NCBI RefSeq assembly: GCF_033153115.1
Contig: NW_026889774.1
Span: 21,266,001-21,330,000, forward strand
Reading direction: 5' to 3'
Length of the DNA: 64,000 bases
Source: Saccostrea echinata
Taxonomy: Eukaryota
The position numbers and the translations under genes were made by a program. Below, one piece after another: positions 1-11,400 of the stretch. Position 1 is the stretch's first letter; each line of letters starts with the position of its first letter. The notes beneath the pieces are model-generated. The model worked only from the letters and a program-made list of their open reading frames with translations. It searched no databases and had not been told where the DNA came from.

Positions 1-572
1 CTTTCATTCTTCACTTGTGTAATCCATATTACAAGCCCCTCCTTTAGATACCAACAATTATAGCCTATTGACCTTGGAGTTTGACCTACTTTTGGAAAAC
101 TTTAACCTTGGCCATTTCTTTTGAACAGTTGGTTCTAGGGCTTTCATACTTCACATATGCAATCCTTGTGACAAGACCTTACTTTGGATACCAACAACTT
201 TGACCCTTTGACCGTGACTTTGGAGTTTGACCTACTTTTGAAAAACTTTAATCTTGGCCATATCTTTTAAACGGTTGGTGCTAGGGTTTTCATATTTCAC
301 ATGTGTATTTCTTGTGAGTAGTCCTTTCCTTGGGCACCATTAATTTTAACCATTTGACCTTGACCTTGATGTTTGACTTACTTTTGAAAAACTTTTAAAC
401 TTTTACATATCTTTTCAATGGTTGCTGCTAGAGCTATCATATTTCACAGGTATATTTCTCGGTACAAGACCTTACTTGGGGTACCAGCATATTTGATTTG
501 CATTTGAGAAAGTTTAACCTTCGCTATAAGTTGCCATACGGGAGCATCAGTGTTTCACAAACACATCTTGCT
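1..572 (+). mobile_element. 3' part of a non-autonomous Helentron/HINE-like element with internal ~148-bp tandem repeats
   Basis: Repeated unit 'ttgaccttggagtttgacctacttttgaaaactttaaccttggccat' at ~68, ~215 and ~360. Ends in hairpin 'gtgtttcacaaacac' + 'atcttg'. Confidence 0.65.
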
Positions 573-1037
573 TATTTTTCATTATTATTTTAAATACCCT
601 TGTCACTCTAATCTTTATTCATTCTGACAAAAATCAACATTAAATATATAGCTGAGGACTGCTACATGTATGGCACAAAGATAAATTAATAAGTATCTAT
701 AGGAATATTTTTTTTGAAAATTTGAAATAAATTTAGCAATAATTTGGACTTTCTGTAGGCGTTGACATGCCATGCCAAGCTATCCATAGCAAAGGGAAGT
801 CGGGTTAAATTCATTGAGTTTGGTCGGTGCAAATACCGTTTTCTTCGATTAGGTTAAGCTTACGGCATCGTTCGAAACGTCCTATAATGAAGTTTTATTT
901 TTTACTGGTATTTTTTTTTGCAGTGAAGGAATTTAAGCATTTATAAATCAAGAATCTGTTGCCTTAATCATGTTTTACCCCCATCCGTGGTCCATATTTT
1001 ACCATTTGTTTAAATCTGCTCACATCCAGATAATTAC

Positions 1038-3167
1038 CTTTTTTAATCTGGTCTTCTTCAATGCCAACATCAATCACTTTTTGCTTTTCCCCAATTAACG
1101 ATTTTATTTCCTGTGATAGCGGTTGTAACGTTTCTGTGTTTTTTACATAAAGTAACCCTAAAAATGTCAAAATTAAAATTCAAAATCTTTATTTAAACAT
1201 ATCAGATATTGAAAACTGATATCAATAGTGTTAAGGTAGTCCGATTCTCAGGATCTGAAAATCAGCTTTCAAGTAATTGAAAATGCTCACAAAAATTCCT
1301 CTGATTTCACAGAGTAACGTGAATTTACCCATGGTATTTCTTCAAAGTTCATCATTAAAGTTAATCATATTATATGGGGGAAATTATCAAATCTTAAATA
1401 TATTTTCAGGAAATGCGAATAAAAACACCAGCTATGCATTTTCTATTTGAAAATTGATCAACAAATATATTTTAGAATAAAAAAATATAGGTATCCAGGC
1501 ATTTGGAGAAAATTGCATCTTTTTTATGCTTATACAATATTTTAGTTCTTCTATTTACTTCAGTCGTTATATAATTCATAGTATACAATGCTTGTGTTTT
1601 CATTGCTAGACATCACAGATAACGTCTAATTTCATATCATGCTAATAAGCATTGGTATCGAAAGCTAAATTAAAGGAAATTCGATTTCTCTAAAAATGAT
1701 TTTTTTTTTCTTTTATGGGGTACAAATGTCAACTTCTTTAAAAGACCTTTTGTAAGACTTGTAGAGAAGCTTGAATCATATTGAGATGCATAAATTGAAA
1801 ATTGTTGCACGAAAAGATCTCAGTTTTAAGCTTCATTTTGAGACTTTTTAAATAAAATAATAAATTTAAGAGTTCTCCTTCCTGGCTGAGGATCGGACAT
1901 CCTTAAACCACAAAGCACCTGACGAATGGATGGTGTACATTGTAACTCCCCTTCCCCCAACCTTCCGCAAAAATAAAAAAATAATTATTAGACGCGATTA
2001 CTTAACAAAAATACATGAATTCCTAGCCTGTCATGCTTATATTCCGATATCTGATGTCATTTTCCATTTTTGTTCAGTTTTAGAGATTGACCCTTTACGG
2101 TATACATGTTCAAAAATACTACATACCGTAAAGGGCCAATCTCTAAAACTTCACAAAAATGGAAATATTGGGATATAGGTATGATAGGCTTAGAATTCAT
2201 GTATTTTTTATAAATATCCGTTCTAATAAATTTTTTAGAGGGTTGGTAGGGGATTTCAACGTCCATTCTTCAGGTGCCTGTGTCTTAAAGTACCGAAGTT
2301 CACAATACATGAAACGACTGTGAACGTTAACAAGGGGCCCAGGGGCCTTGACGGACACCTGAGTATCATGGGTTTCTGAGTCAACCCCACCGGAAACTAG
2401 AACTCTTAACTCATGTACATAAATTTTATAAATTAATGAAGACTGTATATTCACTATCCTATTCGTGGAGTTGGTTCCTATATTATTAGGAATAGAAAAT
2501 ATTGAAAAAAAAAATATTTTAAGATTTCAGTTTTTGTAGACAGCTACATTTTTCTCTTAAATGGTCTTTAAATGGCCTTAAATGGTTTGCCCTTAAATAT
2601 TTTATGATTAGAGAAAAAAGGGATTTTAAAAGAAGCTATGTAATGATACCTTTTTAAAAACATTTACATATATTACCAATAACGGAGCCTGAATCATGCA
2701 GGCTAGGGGCTTCAATATTGAGGGCTACGTGTTTATTATAATGATGCCAACAGTTCGATTGATTGATATCAGAAGTAAAAAAAAAAAAGAAAAGAAAAGA
2801 TTTTTGTTGATTGCATTAGTTTTGATGATTTTTACCGTATTCTTCAAACCGTAGGGTAAAACGAAATTCACCATTTTTGTTACCCTTTACTCATAAAGGG
2901 TTTAAATCAGAAGTATTGTTTAGTCATTGCAGTGAAGAAAGTGAAAATACATACGACTGCTACACGACCACGACGGCAAACAAAACAGACTGCAATCCAT
3001 TCAAGTTTTCTGGAAATAGGGGCTTAGTAATACTTAGTGATACATTTAACAAACGTATGTTTTAAAGTATCGGAAAATAAACGGAAGTTCAAAACTATAA
3101 AGAACTTTTTAACATATCATAATTATAATTGTATTTTCCTTTACAACTTACCTACTTTCCTCGTCAT
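1038..3167 (-). CDS. 5' part (exons 1-2) of a tandem paralogue of the TIR-like/caspase gene; continues beyond the window start
   Basis: Exon 1 3167-3152 (ATG ACG AGG AAA GTA G|gtaagt); exon 2 1157-1038 (tag|GG TTA CTT...AAA AAA G|gtaatt). Gives MTRKVGLLYVKNTETLQPLSQEIKSLIGEKQKVIDVGIEEDQIKK, 33/45 identical to the N-terminus of the gene at 20404, with the same exon sizes (16 and 120 nt). Confidence 0.8.
1235..1902. mobile_element. Non-autonomous DNA transposon with TTAA target duplication (Kolobok/piggyBac-like MITE)
   Basis: ttaa|GGTAGTCCGATTCTCAG ... CTGAGGATCGGACATCC|ttaa: imperfect TIRs and TTAA on both sides. Confidence 0.7.
2005..2210. repeat. ~200-bp imperfect palindrome (hairpin MITE)
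   Basis: 'aaaatacatgaattc...tttagagattgaccctttacggtat' mirrored by 'ataccgtaaagggccaatctctaaa...gaattcatgtatttt'. Confidence 0.75.
2328..3040 (-). mobile_element. Degenerate Helentron/HINE-like element
   Basis: Terminal motif 'aacaaggggcccaggggccttgacggacacctgagt' is the reverse complement of the HINE 3' end seen at ~35580; (cgac)n-like tract near 2965. Confidence 0.5.
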
Positions 3168-3189
3168 TTTGTGTATACATGTATAGCCT

Positions 3190-3203
3190 ACTTTCGTTTC
3201 ATT
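3190..3203 (-). promoter_or_regulatory. ISRE/IRF-binding element (AATGAAACGAAAGT) upstream of the paralogue ATG
   Basis: Plus strand ACTTTCGTTTCATT fits the ISRE pattern TTTC(N1-2)TTTC. An identical copy sits at the same distance from the other paralogue's ATG. Confidence 0.6.
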
Positions 3204-3271
3204 ATTTACCTATACGTAATTATATTTTAGGCACATCATGACATAAGTTACCAAATTTAGTATAGATAAAA

Positions 3272-3354
3272 GCCAGTCTGATTAAAAATCATACCTCTAT
3301 TACCTCTGTTTTTTTTTCATATTGATTGTCAATGTATGATTTTAATCAGACTGG
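3272..3354. mobile_element. Tiny hairpin MITE
   Basis: 'ccagtctgattaaaaatcatac' ... 'gtatgattttaatcagactgg', flanked by near-duplicate ataaaag/atgaaag. Confidence 0.55.
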
Positions 3355-4339
3355 ATGAAAGCCAAATGCCGAAATCCCAAGGATTTGATCTACAACAAAG
3401 AATATATCTTAGAGAACAATCTACTAAGGATTAATAATTCTTAAAACATGCAGTATTTAATTTAATCCAAAAGTTTGTAAAACTAATGTTCTCAATAATA
3501 AAAGTTTATATCTGTGTTTTACCGCCGCAAGACACTAGATTTTGTCAATGTAAGGCCCATATTTGTTAATATCTATCCTTGGAGGCAGGTCGATTCTAGG
3601 GAAAATCAAAGTACTGAAAGTACTCATGGGAGTTGAACATTGTAAAGTGAAAGATTTAACAGGAAGTAAAGGAGCTATAATGTCGGAACATTTTTTCATG
3701 CTTTAGATACAAGTCAACTATTGCAGATTTGATAGAGATACAACATCAAACATAAGAAATAATTTCAAAAACATTTGAATAACGAAGATCATGGGCCACA
3801 ATACTCACCTGAGTAACTTTAATGACTTTAACCGTGTTGTTCTTATTCAGATTTTCAAAAACTTTTACCACTTAATATTCCCATGTAGGGACGTAGCATC
3901 GTTTTTGAAAGGGAGGCCTCGAAAATTCTAACTCGAAAATTTTATTTTTTGGGTGTGGGGATTTCAGACCTTTTGAAATGTTAAGGAAAGTTTGGGCGTA
4001 GAGCAGGTCTGACCTGGTGTTGAAAATGAGCAAATTTACCACTACCTGATTAAGTCTTAAATTCGTGATACTTTATATGAATTTCACCTGTTAATTCCAG
4101 GGCATAGTCACAGCACAAAATGTAACAGGAAAGGAAGGAGAAAACTGCGACGGACCAGGCCCGAATTCGAATCCCGGTCTTGTCTCGCATTTTTCTCTCT
4201 TCTGTTTAATTTGGTGCCATACCCATTCCCTGAGAATGACAGGTAAAAAACCTACCAGGAAAGAACCTGGGTTGGTGTTTTGGGCGTGAAAACCTTTAAG
4301 GAGGGAGTGATGTGACAGTCAGATGGGTTCGATAGCTGG

Positions 4340-4430
4340 TGGCCAGATAGTTCAGTTGGTAGAACACCTGACTAGAGATTGAGGGTGCCCGGGTTCGAAT
4401 CCTGGTCTGCTCCGCATTTTTCTCTCCTGA
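4340..4430 (+). mobile_element. tRNA-derived repeat head (SINE-like), not a functional tRNA
   Basis: A-box 'tagttcagttggtaga' and B-box 'ggttcgaatcc'; the tail 'cgcattttttctctc' is repeated at ~4187 and 'ccgttgcactttctcc' at ~4696. Confidence 0.5.
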
Positions 4431-7400
4431 AGCATTTTTTTTCTAAATCTGAAATCTATGAACTCATGCTAGTATCTAGAGCACTTTCGGTCATCTCATT
4501 CTCACTCAAAAGTCTTATTGATTCTTGATATAAACTTATGTCTAGCACCTTGACTAGAACTTAATCTATCAACTCTAGGGCTTATGTAGCTCTTCTTACG
4601 CTATCAAAAACTGGATCTAGCGAAGTCAAAGTTTCTTTTCAAAATCCTGGTCACGGCACCAAAATGTGCAATGTATGTTTGAACCTGTTCTGATCCGTTG
4701 CACTTTCTCCTTTCTGGTTACATATATAAAGTGTACAGAAATAATTTTGACCAAATCTACTACTGAACACTTAACGTCATGAATTTAATTGAGCCAAGAA
4801 GTTCATTTGCACCTATAGTTTACGACACCCTTGGGTGAAAAGTAGTGAAAGTATCCAAACCACATCATATATTATATAAAATAGACGCATGGCGTAATTT
4901 TACACCTTTGCATGTAAAAACTTACCAGCTTCATAAAAGGAACACCAGCCATGGCTATGTTCAAGTAAGTGCTGCCATATGTACGTCTTAGATATGTAGT
5001 GGATACAATATTGACCGAAGTGCTATTTTAGACCATTCGTACGGAAAAGTAGGCAAATAATTGATGCCAGGTAATCTAATATGTGCTCCAATTTCTTTGC
5101 ATGTACCATCAACTTGAGATTTATAGTTGTACCCTAAAACTGGTCGAGGTTCATAGAAGTTAATGTTTACCTAGTATATAAGCATTAAATCCATCAATTC
5201 TGGACGTCAACTCTTTTTGTCTTTACGGTAGAAGACTGAACCAATCATATTGAAAAAAAAGTATTATTTAAAATATTACTTTTCACAAATATTCTGGATT
5301 CCTGGTAAGCTTCTGTTCATATAGTTATAATATTTATGCACACGCATTTTTTCTTTTAATAAATATCGTTTTTAACAGCAAATAAGCATATAATTAATTT
5401 ATATTTTCTAGGTTTTTTGTTCTATGCATATGAGACACGTAATGAATTAATTTTGTTCCGAATCCGGTGTTTAATTTATCCTGCAAAAAGACTCGGTGAA
5501 AAAACTATATTTAGATAACTCGTCTACCTTGATAAGCACCAATACATGTATATGTCATTTTCCATAGAAAACTCACTGAATCCAACCTCTACCTAACACT
5601 ACCGATTTTAGTATGAATGAGGTTTTATCATTTTATATACTTATTTGGTGAACCGTTTTCATTAACTAAAGTGTACTTTATCATGCTCTTCAAACGAGTC
5701 ATTCATTATCACCAGAATGTAATTCAAGAAATTTACTCTGCATATAACTAAAATTAATTCAGAGGATTATATAATCATTTAATGTATATATTGAGCATAA
5801 AATGTCAAGAATAAATTGAAAAAAATATAAGCATATTTAAATAATGATCACAGGTAGGTATTAGTAAACGATGTATTAAAAGAGAACAGTTAACATGAAA
5901 AGTGATATAAGATATTAACAATTAATAAATACACATTCTGTTGTTATTCATTAATATCACTAAAACATATTTTAGACTGGCATATAAATTGCATCATGAA
6001 CAAAGAAAAAGAGATCAAAACTTGAACACTTAAATATATGTAATTATAACAAGACATGGAATATATACCCAATCAGCAAATGCTGACAGAAAAAGAGCTT
6101 TATAACTAGTACCTATACGGCATAATGAGTTCAGATTATGAGATCACACCTTGAGCAAGAAAAGCAACCATGTATATGTTTGACAGCTATACGTGTACTC
6201 TTTTATTGATTGAAGTACTTATTTGATAAGTAAACTTATCTCTGACACCAACTTTACAAAATTTGTATAAAATTTGTACCTAAGAATCAGAAGTCTTCAG
6301 TGTAATAGACTGGTACCCTGAAGCTAATTACACTTATGAATTCTCTGGAAAAAAAAACAAAAAACTTTTGTACCTTCTAGCAGCGGTGACTGAAATCAAA
6401 GACAAGAGAACTAGTGCTAGTCTTGTAAGAGTTCTAGGTAATCTCGTATTCAATAATAAGAAAAGAATGTCAGTGAATGATGCTTAATAAATGATACATA
6501 TACTGAAATTGTTAAATATAACTTATTTAAAACAATTGTACATACAAAAGTAAGAAGAAATTCTGATTCAACAAGTGTGAATTGCAATGTATTTGATTTT
6601 CTTTCCAGATAAATATTTGGCAACATGTGTAAAAATCAGTGGGTGCAGTTCAGATTGACTGGGAATTAAACAAGTATTGGAGAAAAGTGTTTATATACAC
6701 CTTGGTGTTAGAATAAACTGTAATGACTTGCTTTCTGACACAATTAATTGAAAGTTAGAGGTATTTACTGACAATGGGTTGTAAAATGCCCATCCTCAAT
6801 GAAGGAAAACGGAATCAGACTATAAATGAGAAAAAAAATAAACAAGTGACTATATTGCTTATTTAATTGCAAAAATATTAAGAGATGAAGTTTATTTTTT
6901 TTTTCGGGGGGGGGGGGGTGGCAGAAGTAATAAAAACTAGATGTGTTTGTAACTCTCCAATATCCCCAAGGCTTGGTCAATTAATAATGGGGCAAAATTT
7001 AACTTTATTCAGAGAAGTAAGGAGCCATTTACATTCCCTGATAATAACCTAGCTGCGTGCTAGTAAAAATTGCTAACATTCCACCCTATCAAAATTATGG
7101 GCCAGACAAAACTTTTACACTTTCAAAACGGGATCATAGCTTTTGACAATTGTCATTATGTCAAGGTCATTGCACACCCCCTGATCATATCTTTCCACTG
7201 TGAATTAAAGGACATATTTCTAAATTACAGTCATTAGTTCACATTTAAAACTCCTGTGACCTTGACATTTTAAATAACCATAAGTCGGGGTAATACACAC
7301 CCTCTAGTACATTTACACTATGTATGAAATTTTCGTGTTCTTCACTTCAGAAATGGTGTTTGAGATTAATACATTGTATATAAAGTTGTGGACAAGTAAA

Positions 7401-7944
7401 TAGACAGAGGCACAAGGCAGACAGGCCTAACTAATAGTTTTCAATTTTGCAAGCATAAAAATTAAAAAGTCAATATTCTTCTCAAGAATTACATTGACTA
7501 AATTATCAAAACTTGTTAAGAATAATTAGAATTACTATAAGCAAGCTCACAAATTAATACCCCTGCTGCAATTTTTTTTTTAAAAGTGCCCATTCACCTT
7601 AAACTTGCCAAAATGATCTTGATTAAAAAATAATGACACATCCTTGAGTCATACGTAATCGTTTAGTGAAACATAGGCATCCAATGTTTCTCCAGTAGGA
7701 ATTTACAGACCTGACATATGAATTTTACACTTTTTCTGCCAGTGACTTTGAACTCACCACAATGACTTTGGGTCAAGGTTATGACATACTTTTAACTCAT
7801 GAATAATTATTGTTTGAAGTTTTAACTTCCAGCAAAAATTTTATATTTTTTGCCAGTGTTCTTGAAATTGCCAGAATGACCCTGGTTGAAAGTCATGACA
7901 CACCTTTCAGACATAAGTAATATTTGTGTGAAGTGTTTATTCAT

Positions 7945-8220
7945 AAACAAGATACCCATGGGCCGCAATGCTTACCTGAGTAGCTTTGGCCTTTCTTCTT
8001 CAACAACATTCTTTTCCTATATATTCCTTTGTAAAACTTTGATCACCAATTGTAGCACCAGCCTACCTACGGGGGTCATGATTTGAACACACTTTAATCT
8101 ACACTACCTGAGGATGCTTCCATATAATTAGGACTAATCATGGCTTTCCTGTTCTTGAGAAGTAGATATCGATTTTAAAGATTTATTTCTATTCCTATGT
8201 AAAACTTTGATTGTCCATTA
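7945..8220 (-). mobile_element. Helentron/HINE fragment (Cg170-like repeat unit)
   Basis: 'aaacaagatacccatgggccgcaatgcttacctgagt' terminus and 'atctacactacctgaggatgcttcc' unit, shared with the element at 34783-35582. Confidence 0.6.
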
Positions 8221-8483
8221 CAAAGTTCTAGCTACCTATATTTATATATGCACAAACAGATGGAAGACAGACAGACAAGGTGGAATAGGTGATCTCTATG
8301 TAATAATACCCAACAAACTGAGTTTGCAGGGGATATAATTATTGAATGTGCAATAAATGGGAAAAAATCTTTTTAAAAAAGTTAAAAAACGGGAAATAAA
8401 AAAAATAATTCTACTCATCAGAAATTAATATTTCATACAAATTTTCATATTTGCATTTTGATGTTTTTAGGGGTCTTCTTTGT

Positions 8484-11400
8484 TTACTGGTTCCTAATCC
8501 ATTTCAAAAAGTCCTTCAATTCTCCATCCGGGTCTCCCTCATAAAGTTCTTTGGCATTTTTTATCTCCTCTGGCCATATAATGACATCCCTACTGAGCTT
8601 GTGATACAGACAGGGTACTGACTTATGACCACTGCTCTCACTGGTGCCTGTATCTGTCTCATATTTATAAGCTATTCTCCCAGAGACCTTTGTTAGCTCC
8701 GCCAGTAGATCAATTTTTTCTGGTTTTGTCTCCAAAGTTTCTTTCAGCTGAGTCTCCAGGTTTGTAATCAGCCACCCTCCTTGTTTATCTCTATTGTAAG
8801 CCTCTTTTCCTGAAAATATAGAATCAATTATTATTTATTAAAAGATATTAAGCAATATCCACACGCTGAATGTTTATTACTTGTATAAACAAATACCTGG
8901 AGCAGAGGCAAACATGACTAAAGCATCATTGACACAAGGTGGCGGATCACTTATTATAGGCTCTGGGAAAAAGAAATCCAGAATCTCTTGTTCAAATCCT
9001 TTACATTCCTCCTTTATTTCATTTATCTGATCAATTGTGAGGCCTTCTGAAAGTAAAGTCTCAAATAATTTGATGGCTATCTCATTGTCTGTTCCCTGTG
9101 CTTCCAGCAGTGAAATGGTTCTATGTTCCATGAGATATTTGTTGTAATCCAAAATATGTCTGTGCAGCACTGCAAGCTTTGCTTTTTTATTCCACTGTAA
9201 AAGAAAGATTTTATCTTGTTTTGAATCCCCTCACAACCATGAACAAAACTCAAATTATGAAACTGAACATCCACAACATTAAACAATGCCAGAATATTAA
9301 ATCAGTAATTAATTATATAATCTTTTTCATTAATATGTATTTTAATTTTAATGTATTTCAAAATTTTACTAATTCTTGTAATGTAATTTCATGGGTGATT
9401 CTTGTTTACAGAAGATTCAATGAACCGATATGTGAACATTATGTGGAAGTTATCGTTCGTAGGGATGTAAATTCCAGGGTTAGGATGATCCACAAAATCC
9501 ACAAACATTGGTCCCCATGAACAATGTTGATTTCACTAAATTTTATACTTGCCTCCTGGATTTGCTTTAATCTGGCCTCTTTATCTTCTTCTGTCTGCTT
9601 CGTTGTACTTCGCTTGGCATCTGTTGTATCCTGATGTGAAGTATCGCTTGAGGCATCTACAGAATCAGGGCTCTTTAGACCAGCCCTAATATCATTTTCT
9701 GCTGTCAAAACATTAACCATCACTCCAGGATCAAAGTTCTCATGTCCATCTAAACCAAATCGACTCCTGCATGACTGAAAAAAAAAATATTTATTGGACT
9801 TTTAACAACTGTTCAAGAAATATATATTTTCTTCACAAAGTTGTTAAATACATGAGAGAATGATAATAATTCTTGCTCAGAAAAATGAGAATTTTATATA
9901 TGCTTCTCTAAAACATAGGTAGTCAGAGATTATGTAGCTCATCTCAATGGATATTATCCTTAAGTAAGGCACAGTCCAGACCTAACAAATAATCTAGTAT
10001 TATCCATCCCTAGATGCAACATTTATGCAAATTTTGTGCAGGAAGGGCTTGCAGTTACTTGGAAATGGACTTGCTCGAAAAACTTTAATATGGTCACTCA
10101 TCCAGAAAATACAGACCAGACCTAGCATCAAAATCAAGTTTGGAAGTCATATTCCTTGATGCATAATCCATACATGTTTGGTTCAGGAAGGCTTTATAAA
10201 TACTTGCAATTGGACCTGCTAAAAAATTAACCTGGTCACTCATCCAGAAAACGAATGTCAGATCCAGGATCCGAAACATGTCCAGTAGTGTACTAGATGC
10301 ATCATAAATCTAAGATTGGTCCAGGTAGGGCTTAAAATTACACTTGAATGAACGTGCTCCAAAATCATTAACCTGGTCACTCCTCCAGAAAATTCAAGCC
10401 AAACCCAGCTTCTGAAGCAAGTCTGGTAGTGTGCATTCTTGGATACATCATCCATGCAAGTTTGGTCCAGATAGGGCTTGAAGTAACACTGAAATCAACC
10501 TGCTCAAAAAACTAAAACCTGGTCACTCATCTGGAAATACAGGTCAAATCCAGCATATGAAGCAAGTCTGGTAGTGTGTATTAAAAGATGTATAATCTAT
10601 GCAGTTTTGGTCACACGAGGCTTACAGTTTATCTAAAATGTTATTTTAAAGCTTACATTATTTTAAAATGAACCATCCAAAAAATGTAGGTCAGATACAG
10701 CTTCTGAAGCAATTCTGATAGTGTGCATCCTTAGATGTATCATCAAATGCAAGTTTGGTCAATGTAGGGGTTATAGTTATTTGAAAATGAGAATGGCTTC
10801 AAAGACTTTAACCTGATTAATAAGACCTGCTCACTCAGAAAATGAAGGTCAGATCCAGCATCTTAATTAAGTTTTGTAGTGTGCATTCTCAGATGTATCA
10901 TCCATGCAAGTTTGGAAATGAGACCTGCTCTAAAAACTTTTGCCTGGTCCAAAAACATAAACCTGCTCAAAAAACATTAAGCTGGTTATTCTTTGGCCGA
11001 AAATTCACCTTCTGAAAACTGACTGGTACAATGAAACATACTAGAAGCATCATCTATGCATCTCTTATCAATATAGGGTGTGAAAGTACTTGCTCCAAAT
11101 ACTTTAACTTGGGATGCCGGCGCTGAAGACATTTAGGGTATTATATAATCTCCCCCAACTTCACTGAGGTAAGTGAAAAACAAAAATCATTCAAAACACA
11201 ATTTATCCTTAAATTTACACAGATTTAAGATTTAAGTATTTAACACTAGACAGAATGCAAGTTTTGGCTTGAAGAAGTGCATGGGAATATATCTTGAATG
11301 AGGGTTATTAAATACATGTGCAGTAAAAACTGTCTTATCCGACACCTGTGAAATTCATTTCACTGTAAATTACGACCTTTATTTTAATTCCATTTTAATA

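Noticed and set aside
964-1037. ORF-track C-terminal extension GNYLDVSRFKQMVKYGPRMGVKHD
   Set aside because: Lies past the AG|gtaat donor conserved in both paralogues, so it is intronic read-through.
4340-4430. Functional tRNA gene (also 15476, 17896, 63405)
   Set aside because: A/B boxes are present but stems and anticodon arms are irregular. Two copies have SINE bodies, tails and TSDs.
4925-5160. ~56-codon open stretch and a gtaagt donor on the minus strand between the caspase paralogues
   Set aside because: No recognisable motif, a stop precedes the donor, and no consistent exon chain could be built.
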